A program made the translations under genes and the position numbers. The notes under the pieces are model-generated. The model did not search any database, was not told where the DNA came from, and saw nothing but the letters and a program-made list of their open reading frames with translations. A stretch of 64,000 bases of DNA from Spirochaetota bacterium (GTDB taxonomy: Bacteria; Spirochaetota; UBA4802; UB4802): NCBI GenBank assembly GCA_040756435.1, contig JBFLZD010000013.1:2249-66248 (forward strand). The letters are read 5' to 3'. Positions 10,260 to 18,033 of this stretch are shown here, one piece after another (within the stretch, counting starts at the first letter, position 1; each line of letters begins with the position of its first letter).

Positions 10260-10544
10260 TTAATTACGCTTTTTAACTTCTATCAATCTTCCATTCACAT
10301 ATTTGTGAAGGACACTGGATATCATTGTTTGGTAAGGTATCCCTTCCTCCATAGCAATCTTTTGCAAAGATTCAAGGTCATTCTGTGAAATGCGTATATT
10401 AATTCTCCTGTCTTTTTTCATTGAAGCTTTTGCATAGTTTATGTGTTTCTTTTTTTCTTTTTTAATGCCACTGACTTCCTTCCATTCACCTTTTTCATAT
10501 GATGTAAGGATATCTTGTTCATATTTGTTCAATTTTTTGGTCAT
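10260..10544 (-). CDS. brnA: BrnA-like antitoxin (ribbon-helix-helix)
   Basis: 94-aa ORF with ...RINIRISQNDLESLQKIAMEEGIPYQTMISSVLHKYVNGRL, typical of BrnA/COG3514. It overlaps the upstream toxin ORF by 4 nt. Confidence 0.65.
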   Translation of the reverse strand: MTKKLNKYEQDILTSYEKGEWKEVSGIKKEKKKHINYAKASMKKDRRINIRISQNDLESLQKIAMEEGIPYQTMISSVLHKYVNGRLIEVKKRN

Positions 10545-10819
10545 CTTCTACCTCCTAAATAAAGCTTTGTTGCCTTTCTGCTTGGGATAATAGTTTTAAG
10601 GAAAATTTCCTTTTCAGTTTCAATAAAAGGGACTAAATAAACATAACTATTAAACTCAATAACATATATTTTCTGATCTGGATATTTGTCAGGATTTTTG
10701 TGTTCAACGATTGATAATAATTTACCATTTTGTATACAATGTATTATATCCTCAAAACAAATACCACGCTCATTTTTCAAAAGTTTATTCTTTTCCTCAT
10801 TCCAGTTAAAAGTTTTCAT
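10541..10819 (-). CDS. brnT: BrnT-like toxin (DUF497)
   Basis: MKTFNWNEEKNKLLKNERGICFEDI matches the BrnT N-terminal consensus (FEWDxxKxxxNxxKHGISFEEA). 92 aa, directly upstream of brnA. Confidence 0.7.
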   Translation of the reverse strand: MKTFNWNEEKNKLLKNERGICFEDIIHCIQNGKLLSIVEHKNPDKYPDQKIYVIEFNSYVYLVPFIETEKEIFLKTIIPSRKATKLYLGGRR

Positions 10820-10827
10820 TAATAATG

Positions 10828-10856
10828 AATTTATGACAATGTGTGCCTTATGTCAA
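10828..10856 (-). promoter_or_regulatory. candidate sigma70-like promoter for brnTA with overlapping TGACA-N12-TGTCA inverted repeat
   Basis: On the minus strand: TTGACA (rc of 10851-10856), a 17-nt spacer, then TAAATT (rc of 10828-10833). The inverted repeat could be a BrnA autorepression operator. The -10 lies very close to the annotated ATG, so the transcript would be leaderless or the assignment is imperfect. Confidence 0.3.
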
Positions 10857-10942
10857 CATATATTTATAAAAAAATTAATGTGGATGCTTGCTGATGTCGT
10901 TTTCTGTATCATTTTCTTTGTCAGGAGTGCGTTAAGCTACTT

Positions 10943-11809
10943 TTATTGTTTAAATTTTTTCCTGTATTTATACCGCAAAACCATGCCGGCAAAATTCAAT
11001 CCCAGTACCAGTGCAATAAGCACAATGGCCGTACCATATTGGATATGGCGCGTTGCCTCAATATGAGTGCCTGCTGTTGCAAGCACATAGATATGATAAG
11101 GAAGTGCCATAACCTCGCTAAACAGTGAATCAGGGATATGCGGTGTATAAAATGTGGCACAGGTGAACATTATTGGAGCTGTTTCCCCTGCTGCTCTTCC
11201 CAGTGATAGCATAACACCAGTCAATATGCCCGGCAATGCAGTAGGCAGAACTATCTTATAAATGGTTTGCCATTTTGTTGCACCAAGTGAAAGTGATGCT
11301 TCACGATACGAAGTAGGGACTGTAAGAAGCGCTTCTTCGGTTGAGCGTATGACCAGCGGGAGATTAAGTATACCTAATGTAAGTGAACCTGCAATGATAG
11401 ATGAACCAAAATCCAAGAATATAACAAACACACTTAAGCCAAAAAGTCCAAACACTACCGAAGGGACTCCAGCAAGATTATTGATACCCAGACGAATAAA
11501 TTGCAGCACCTTACTATTTTCCACATACTCGGTTAAATAGATTGCCGTCATTACCCCAATGGGCACTGATATGACCGATGAACCAATCATAAGATACAGT
11601 GTGCCAAGAATTGCAGGGAATATCCCCCCTTCACGCATTTCGTTTTTGGGAAATGCAGTTAAAAATTCCAGGCTCAATGCGCGGTAACCCTGTAAAAATA
11701 TATATCCTAACACAAACAATAAAAATGCAATGATGGTATATGACAATGCAGTGATGATAATAAAAGAGGTTTTTTCAATTGCTTTTGCTTTTACCTGTAA
11801 TGATGCCAT
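10943..11809 (-). CDS. pstA: phosphate ABC transporter permease PstA
   Basis: 288-aa polytopic membrane protein with an ABC permease EAA-like region (ASLSLGATKWQTIYKIVLPTALPGI), downstream of pstC. Confidence 0.9.
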   Translation of the reverse strand: MASLQVKAKAIEKTSFIIITALSYTIIAFLLFVLGYIFLQGYRALSLEFLTAFPKNEMREGGIFPAILGTLYLMIGSSVISVPIGVMTAIYLTEYVENSKVLQFIRLGINNLAGVPSVVFGLFGLSVFVIFLDFGSSIIAGSLTLGILNLPLVIRSTEEALLTVPTSYREASLSLGATKWQTIYKIVLPTALPGILTGVMLSLGRAAGETAPIMFTCATFYTPHIPDSLFSEVMALPYHIYVLATAGTHIEATRHIQYGTAIVLIALVLGLNFAGMVLRYKYRKKFKQ

Positions 11810-11818
11810 AGTTTCCTT

Positions 11819-12787
11819 TTAATGATACTTAAATTTATATTTCATTGACAGATAGTTAGCAATAACATTAAAAAGCATGGTCAGTAGGAATAGAATGATG
11901 CCTATGGCAAATAGTGCATAATAATGGTCACTGCGGTATGATGCTTCGGCCATCTCGGCTGCAATGTTGGCTGTCAGTGGCCTCACAGGATCAAACAGCG
12001 ATGTAGGAAATGTTGTTGCACCACCAGCAACCATCAGCACCACCATGGTTTCGCCAAGGACGCGCGCAACCCCTAAAATGATAGCCGTCCATATACCAGA
12101 AAGGGCTGCCGGCATGGTAATGTGGACAATCGTCTGCCAGCGGTTTGCTCCCAGTGCATACGATGCTTCTTTCAGCGATACCGGCACCGAAGACAATGCA
12201 TCTTCGGATATGCTGGCAATGGTTGGTATTGCCATAAAAGCTAACATGATTGATGCATTGAAAAGGTTGAGGCCAGTGTCTATATCAAAGTGGTCTTGTA
12301 AAAATGGTGCAACGACTACCATGCCAAAAAATCCAATAATAACCGATGGGATGGATGCAATAAGCTCAATTGCCGGTTTTACAATTTCACGCACAAACGC
12401 TGGGGCTAATTCGGACAGATAAATTGCAATTCCCAAACTGAATGGTACAGCAATAATTGTTCCAATAAACGTAACAGATAAAGAGGCTACTATAAGTGGC
12501 AGCGTCCCAAATTTAGGCGGCTGTGATGTTGGATACCAACTTGTTCCAAAAAGGAAGTCTTTTACACTGACAACCTTGAAAACCGGTAAGCCTTCTTTAA
12601 AAAGAAAAATCATTATTAAAAATAAAAATGAAACTGAAAGAAAGCCAACAACAGCAAAAATATACTTTACCATCCTGTCGCTTACGTTGTGAATATTAAG
12701 TGCAGATTGTAATGTTTGTTTTAGCATAAAATACAGTAATACTCTTATTATGGTTTGTCTTTCATGAAAACTATCTACCCTAAACAA
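11819..12787 (-). CDS. pstC: phosphate ABC transporter permease PstC
   Basis: 322-aa polytopic membrane protein (ASYALGANRWQTIVHITMPAALSGI), first gene of the minus-strand pstCA pair. Confidence 0.9.
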   Translation of the reverse strand: MFRVDSFHERQTIIRVLLYFMLKQTLQSALNIHNVSDRMVKYIFAVVGFLSVSFLFLIMIFLFKEGLPVFKVVSVKDFLFGTSWYPTSQPPKFGTLPLIVASLSVTFIGTIIAVPFSLGIAIYLSELAPAFVREIVKPAIELIASIPSVIIGFFGMVVVAPFLQDHFDIDTGLNLFNASIMLAFMAIPTIASISEDALSSVPVSLKEASYALGANRWQTIVHITMPAALSGIWTAIILGVARVLGETMVVLMVAGGATTFPTSLFDPVRPLTANIAAEMAEASYRSDHYYALFAIGIILFLLTMLFNVIANYLSMKYKFKYH

Positions 12788-12846
12788 CTTGTTTTCACAT
12801 GTACACTACACAAATAACAAATATACCTTATAATACATAGTTCATA

Positions 12847-12890
12847 ATTATAAAGAAATTATAAAGCTACTATAAAGATATTGTAAAATC
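12847..12890 (-). promoter_or_regulatory. Pho-box-like array: four tandem 11-bp direct repeats (ATTATAAAGAA / ATTATAAAGCT / ACTATAAAGAT / ATTGTAAAATC)
   Basis: Perfect 11-bp phasing, 60-105 bp upstream of the pstC start. Read in the gene direction the repeat is nnCTTTATAAT. 11-bp phased direct repeats are the architecture of PhoB/PhoP binding sites. Confidence 0.45.
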
Positions 12891-12927
12891 ATTAATAATT
12901 CCTTAAAAAATTTCATAATGAATACTA

Positions 12928-12966
12928 GTGTACACCCCCGCCGCCTTCGGCGGCGGGGGTGTACAC
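12928..12966. terminator. very stable GC-rich hairpin (18-bp stem GTGTACACCCCCGCCGCC / GGCGGCGGGGGTGTACAC) between the kdgK 3' end and the pstC promoter
   Basis: Perfect inverted repeat with a 3-5 nt loop, followed on the plus strand by TATTTTATAATTT. It could terminate kdgK (minus), insulate the pst promoter, or be a solitary palindromic element. Confidence 0.4.
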
Positions 12967-13057
12967 TATTTTATAATTTGTTCAAATTTCCACATTTAGG
13001 AATAATTAATGTTGTAAAATAAAAAATATAAAGATATGTATCCTGTTATTTACACTA

Positions 13058-14083
13058 TTATCTGATTAATTGCCAGCTTTTATTTTCTAAAACTGTGACA
13101 ATATCAGTTTCGTTAATAATAAAACTATCTCCATCTATGGTATGCGCTAAGGCTCCTGCTGCCAGTGCAAAATCCACACAGTAATCTAAGGAATTACTTT
13201 TCATAAAAGAATATATGAAAGCTGCAGCCATCGCATCTCCTGCACCCACACGGTCAACAACATGCATCACTTTTCTAACTTTTAATTCTGTAGCAGTGTG
13301 TCGTGATGATGCTAAAGCTCCTATATCAGTTTCAGATGCGTTTGTGGTAAATCTATGGGTAATCAGTATAAGTTTTAGGTTTGGATACTGTGTAAAAAGA
13401 TAGTCGATGATATCATTATAGCTTGTGATATTTTCCTTCAATAAAAGTTTTTTGATATGGTCTTCATTTCCAATCAATACATCTACTTTTTTGACAAACT
13501 CATGCATTACTGCTTGAGCATGGTTTATATCTTTCCATAACGTTGAACGATAGTTAACATCACATGATACAATGCCATTATTTTGTTTTACCGCATAACA
13601 GGCTTTTACCGTTTCTTCATAGAGAATGTGCGATAGTGAAAGTGTTATTCCCGTAGTATGGAACCATCCGCAACTATGTAACACATGATCCCAGTTAATA
13701 GAGTCTTTTTGCAATGATGCAAAAGCACTGTGAGCTCTATCATAGATTAATCGTGGTGGTCGCAAACCAACACCTTTTTCAAAAAAGTACAGACCCAATC
13801 GTGAATCGTTTTTAAACATCACATAATCCATATTAATGCCAAAACCCCTGAAATACCGCAATGCAGCTTTTCCTAATTCATTATCAGGCAATACCGTCAT
13901 CAATTGTGTCTTTATACCCAGTTGCGATAGTAACACTGCGCAGTTAGCTTCAGCACCACCAAAATATGAATGAAATATATTTGTATGCATTAATTGCTGA
14001 GTATCAGGTGGTGATAAACGCAAAAGTACCTCACCCCAACCGGTAAAATATTTTGAATTATCGAATAAAATGGTATTATCCAT
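13058..14083 (-). CDS. kdgK: 2-dehydro-3-deoxygluconokinase (PfkB-family sugar kinase)
   Basis: PfkB motifs GGAEANCAV (N-terminal) and DRVGAGDAMAAAF (C-terminal). The N-terminal LRLSPP is typical of KdgK. uxuA is nearby. Confidence 0.7.
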   Translation of the reverse strand: MDNTILFDNSKYFTGWGEVLLRLSPPDTQQLMHTNIFHSYFGGAEANCAVLLSQLGIKTQLMTVLPDNELGKAALRYFRGFGINMDYVMFKNDSRLGLYFFEKGVGLRPPRLIYDRAHSAFASLQKDSINWDHVLHSCGWFHTTGITLSLSHILYEETVKACYAVKQNNGIVSCDVNYRSTLWKDINHAQAVMHEFVKKVDVLIGNEDHIKKLLLKENITSYNDIIDYLFTQYPNLKLILITHRFTTNASETDIGALASSRHTATELKVRKVMHVVDRVGAGDAMAAAFIYSFMKSNSLDYCVDFALAAGALAHTIDGDSFIINETDIVTVLENKSWQLIR

Positions 14084-14086
14084 AGT

Positions 14087-15415
14087 TTACATTGAAAAAT
14101 TAACTTTCATTATCACAGCAAAGATAAATAGTCCAATAAAAAATGTGAAAAAAAGTGCTGAGATAATAGCAGTTATGGTTAATGTTTTACCAGGCCTGTA
14201 TATATTTGGTAGATGTCTATGGCAAATATATATTCCTAAACCAATAACAAGTGGAAGAAAAACTGTATCAATGATTGCAGAAATCTGCAATAAGATTACC
14301 GGTGCAGGAAAAACAACCGCAAACAGTGCGGTAAATATAACATAAATAAAAACAAATAATCGATAATAGCGTAATTTCACATCACCATCTTTCTTGCGCT
14401 GGTACCACACTGAATTGGAAGCAACCCGGCATAATCCATCAATATTTGCAAGCAATGTGCTAAACAGTGTCCCAAATATTCCAACAAGGAAAACTATCTC
14501 ACCTGCTTTGCCAAAGCTCTCCCCTGCAATGTGTGATATCTGCAAACCCAATTGCTCTCCTTTAGGAACTATTCCTTTGGGATACAATATGACCGCTCCT
14601 GCAACCAGAAATAGTACTGTTAAAAGCGCAGTAATAATAGTATTTACGGTCAAATCTATTTGATTAATTTTTATCCATTTTTTAATCCTGTTTTTATCCT
14701 CATCGGTATCTATTGATCTATCAGCCTTTCCTCTTTTACTACCTTCTATCCATAGCGAATACCACACAACGCCAATTGCTCCTGCACCTGTCCACCCCAA
14801 AAGTGGAACAAGTTCACGTAATGTATGGAATGGAGCCCGTGGTATAAGGCCATATGCCATTGCAGCTGGATCCGGTGCTGTCTCTATCAACGCATACACC
14901 AGAAACACTATCATAATAAAAACCAGCACTCTGGATATCTTTTCCAGTGTATGATAGCTTCCTAAATAGAGTATGATTCCAACAGTTACTATCGAACATA
15001 CCGTTGCTATTTCCATAGAAATTGCTGGCATCAGCCCATACATACAGCTTCCAACTGATAATGCTATTCCTGCCATCCCCGAAACACTGGCAATAAATAC
15101 TATCCAGAAAAGAGTAATAACCCAACCTGTTTTTAATTTAAAAAGTTTGCAATCTATCTCAACCTGCGCAAAAGCAATTAAGACATTTTCACCGGTTGCA
15201 ATAGTGTAACGCCCTACCAGTTCAAAGATGGCATATTTCATAATAAGCGAAACAATTGGCGCCCACAAAAGCAAATACCCAAACAGCGCGCCAGAGCGGG
15301 TAGCAAACACAAGCTCTGACACCCCAATGGCACTTGCCGACCACACAAGCCCGGGACCAAGGACCTTTATAAGATTAAAACCGGAAGGCGGCTTTTCTAT
15401 CATACTTTCCTCCAA
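14087..15415 (-). CDS. NRAMP-fold (LeuT-fold) family transporter lacking the canonical metal-binding motifs
   Basis: TM1 region LGPGLVWSASAIGVSE...GALFGYLLLW...SLIMKY...ELVGRYTIATGENL follows the MntH/NRAMP consensus, but DPGN is replaced by SASAIGVSE. The TM6 MPH motif is also absent (GWTGAGAIGVVWYSLW). 442 aa, about 11 TM helices. Confidence 0.55.
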   Translation of the reverse strand: MEESMIEKPPSGFNLIKVLGPGLVWSASAIGVSELVFATRSGALFGYLLLWAPIVSLIMKYAIFELVGRYTIATGENVLIAFAQVEIDCKLFKLKTGWVITLFWIVFIASVSGMAGIALSVGSCMYGLMPAISMEIATVCSIVTVGIILYLGSYHTLEKISRVLVFIMIVFLVYALIETAPDPAAMAYGLIPRAPFHTLRELVPLLGWTGAGAIGVVWYSLWIEGSKRGKADRSIDTDEDKNRIKKWIKINQIDLTVNTIITALLTVLFLVAGAVILYPKGIVPKGEQLGLQISHIAGESFGKAGEIVFLVGIFGTLFSTLLANIDGLCRVASNSVWYQRKKDGDVKLRYYRLFVFIYVIFTALFAVVFPAPVILLQISAIIDTVFLPLVIGLGIYICHRHLPNIYRPGKTLTITAIISALFFTFFIGLFIFAVIMKVNFSM

Positions 15416-15448
15416 TTCAAGATAAATGAAATCATTTGACCCACATCG

Positions 15449-16156
15449 TTACAAATGCAAAACATATTCAGTGCCGTGGGGCAAAATGATCTTTTTGGCT
15501 TTTATATTCCAGTTTTGCAACTGTTCTAAAGAAAGATATTTCCCCTTTATATGATAATGTATGGGTATTACTATTTCAGGTTTCACTTTTTCAACAAAGT
15601 GTGATGCCGCCTCTAAATCCATACCATCCTTGCCTACCAGTGGATAGGTGGAGCAAGCTACCTGTATCATGGCGATAGAGACTTTGTAAGGGGTCAGAGC
15701 CTTATGTAAAAGCTCATTATACCGTGTATCGCCCGAGAAATACAGCGTAATATCCCCTTTTTGCAATATAAACCCTATTGCATCCTTTGCAAATGGATGA
15801 AATGCAGGCACTGCAATTACCCTGACACCACGGCAATCACTATGCTCTCCCGGGGTCAGAGCATGAATTTTTTTCACACCTTTCTTTTGTGCCCGTTTGA
15901 CTGCATTGATTGATCCAATAACCTCACAATCTCTTTCCTTTGCTAATCTTATTGCTCTGTCACACCAGTGATCAATATGATTATGTGAAACCAGCATATA
16001 ATGAATGGGTTCAATTTTTTCTGGATCCACAGGTAAGGGAACGGCTCGCAAGAATTCAAATGATCCCCACCAGGGATCGGTCATAAATACTATTCCATCT
16101 ATATGTATACCAACCGTTGCCTGTCCAATTAATGTGAATTTAATTTCCATAGACAC
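15449..16156 (-). CDS. MBL-fold metallo-hydrolase
   Basis: The HNHIDHW (HxHxDH) zinc-binding motif and overall beta-lactamase-fold pattern. Confidence 0.7.
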   Translation of the reverse strand: MSMEIKFTLIGQATVGIHIDGIVFMTDPWWGSFEFLRAVPLPVDPEKIEPIHYMLVSHNHIDHWCDRAIRLAKERDCEVIGSINAVKRAQKKGVKKIHALTPGEHSDCRGVRVIAVPAFHPFAKDAIGFILQKGDITLYFSGDTRYNELLHKALTPYKVSIAMIQVACSTYPLVGKDGMDLEAASHFVEKVKPEIVIPIHYHIKGKYLSLEQLQNWNIKAKKIILPHGTEYVLHL

Positions 16157-16315
16157 ACCTCATTGTGGCACAATTTTAAGGTACGATAAATCCTTTCATA
16201 TAATCGCTTGGGCTTTAAAGCAGTTTCAGCTTCATCTATAGAAAATCTATGAGTTACTATTTTGTGCAATGGTATTGCCTGTTTCATAGCCAATTCCATT
16301 ATTTTTAAAGCAACG

Positions 16316-17299
16316 TCAAATGATTGTGGCGGACATGACCATTGTTTTTACAAACCACTCATACGTATCAATGGCGCTTTCAATATCGTTTTTAGTGGGA
16401 TACCATCCCAATACTTGCTTTGCCCTGGTATTATCAAATACATAATCGCGCAGTGCTATCTCAAGGTGCTGAGGTTCAAGTGGTGATACACCAAAAAACG
16501 AAAGAATGCGTACAATACTACGTGCAACTGGCGCAGGCACTGAAAGGATCTTCTCCTTTTTTCCTGCATGGGCAAACAATGCCTTTACCATCTGGCGAAT
16601 GGTTGGGACATTATCGCTTGCAATATTTGCAACAAGCAGCCCTTTTGTTATTTTCTGTAGCGAAAGCACAATGGCTTTAGCAACATCCCGCACATCTACC
16701 ATCTGCAATCGTGTTTTTCCTCCACCGGGGAGTATAACCGGTTTACCTTCTTTTACTGCCTTCATCTGCTCAACCAGGAAAGGTTCATTTTGTCCAGGAC
16801 CATTAATTGTTGGTGGCCGTAAAATAGCAACACCATGCCCTTTCTCAGCCAATTGAATACACATTCGCTCACCTTCAACTTTATGTTCACCATACGGGCA
16901 CACGGGACGCAGCGGCACGTCCTCAGGACAGGGAACCGGTACAGCAATGCCATAAACTTCAACCGATGAGATAAATACTAATTGCCGTATTGTATGCCTT
17001 TTACATGCTTCAATGATATTTTTAGTGCCTGTTACGTTTATTGCATACATTCTATCTTCATCTTTTACAAACTGTGCAAGTGCAGCCGCACAGTGAACTA
17101 TTGCATCTGCTTTGCTACATGCCTTCATGACACATTCAGCATCAACAATATCGCCTTTTATAAACCTAAAGTTACGTTCCCCCGCTTTTGGTGCTTCTTT
17201 TATATCAATGCCAATGATAGCATAGTTTTCACGCAACAACGCATCTACAACATGCTGTCCCAAATATCCTGAACATCCTGTAACAACGACTGTTTTCAT
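16316..17299 (-). CDS. NAD-dependent epimerase/dehydratase (SDR family)
   Basis: Rossmann motif VVVTGCSGYLGQHVV with a YxxxK-type catalytic region. The start was moved to the internal ATG (MKTVVVTG), which has an AAGGG ribosome-binding site and avoids overlap with the upstream gene. Confidence 0.7.
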   Translation of the reverse strand: MKTVVVTGCSGYLGQHVVDALLRENYAIIGIDIKEAPKAGERNFRFIKGDIVDAECVMKACSKADAIVHCAAALAQFVKDEDRMYAINVTGTKNIIEACKRHTIRQLVFISSVEVYGIAVPVPCPEDVPLRPVCPYGEHKVEGERMCIQLAEKGHGVAILRPPTINGPGQNEPFLVEQMKAVKEGKPVILPGGGKTRLQMVDVRDVAKAIVLSLQKITKGLLVANIASDNVPTIRQMVKALFAHAGKKEKILSVPAPVARSIVRILSFFGVSPLEPQHLEIALRDYVFDNTRAKQVLGWYPTKNDIESAIDTYEWFVKTMVMSATII

Positions 17300-17315
17300 A
17301 GCAATAACCCTTTTT

Positions 17316-18020
17316 CTACAGCTTCCCATACTTACGGTATACATCTAACAAAGATTTCCCCTGTCGTATTTCCTGGCGTGAACGACGTTCGGCCTGAACA
17401 ACCTCCTCAGCTTTTTCAACTACCTCTTTCAAATCTACATCCTTAATGGGAATAACCACCACACCATCGCAGTCGGCAAAGATGATATCACCCGGATTTA
17501 CGCGCACACCCCCACACCATATAGGTGCACCCATACCAACCAAATCTACCCTGCCTATTGAATCAGTAGGGATGTTGCCGCGTGCCCATACAGGAAATTC
17601 AATTTCAAGTATCCGATTAATATCACGAATGGGGCCATCCACCACAGCACCCTTCACACCACCAAAGTATTTACAGGTTGTTGACATAAGCTCACCCCAT
17701 GCCCCTGCACCATAAAATTCATTAGCATTAACCGCCACAACCTGTCCCTTTTGCATGGTGCCAAATAGGTCCTCCAGTACTTTTGCAACAAATTCTGGAT
17801 CATACTCCTTTAACCGTGTGCTTTTGCGCGTTTTTGCTTCTTCCATGGTAAACGCAGGCCCTGCAACAGCAGCTTTTGGCATAATTGGTGTAAAGCCTGC
17901 ACACAGTGCCTGATGCATAAATCCCATTTCATCAAGCGTGTCGCATACTGCCGGTGTGTAGGTTTTTTCCAAACGCTCACACAGCATTATTATTTCATCA
18001 TAAGAATATACTGGTGTCAT
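17316..18020 (-). CDS. RraA-family protein (RraA/4-hydroxy-4-methyl-2-oxoglutarate aldolase-like)
   Basis: VCDTLDEMG...GAVVDGPIRD...GDIIFADCDGVVVIP parallels the E. coli RraA motifs (DGGGSVRRA, GDHLYADNTGIILS). Confidence 0.65.
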   Translation of the reverse strand: MTPVYSYDEIIMLCERLEKTYTPAVCDTLDEMGFMHQALCAGFTPIMPKAAVAGPAFTMEEAKTRKSTRLKEYDPEFVAKVLEDLFGTMQKGQVVAVNANEFYGAGAWGELMSTTCKYFGGVKGAVVDGPIRDINRILEIEFPVWARGNIPTDSIGRVDLVGMGAPIWCGGVRVNPGDIIFADCDGVVVIPIKDVDLKEVVEKAEEVVQAERRSRQEIRQGKSLLDVYRKYGKL

Positions 18021-18033
18021 ATATTACCTCCAT

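Noticed and set aside
10686-11128. ORFs 10686..11066 and 10946..11128 between brnT and pstA
   Set aside because: They overlap the brnT 5' region and the pstA 3' end, have low-complexity F/I-rich composition and no ribosome-binding site. They are judged spurious.
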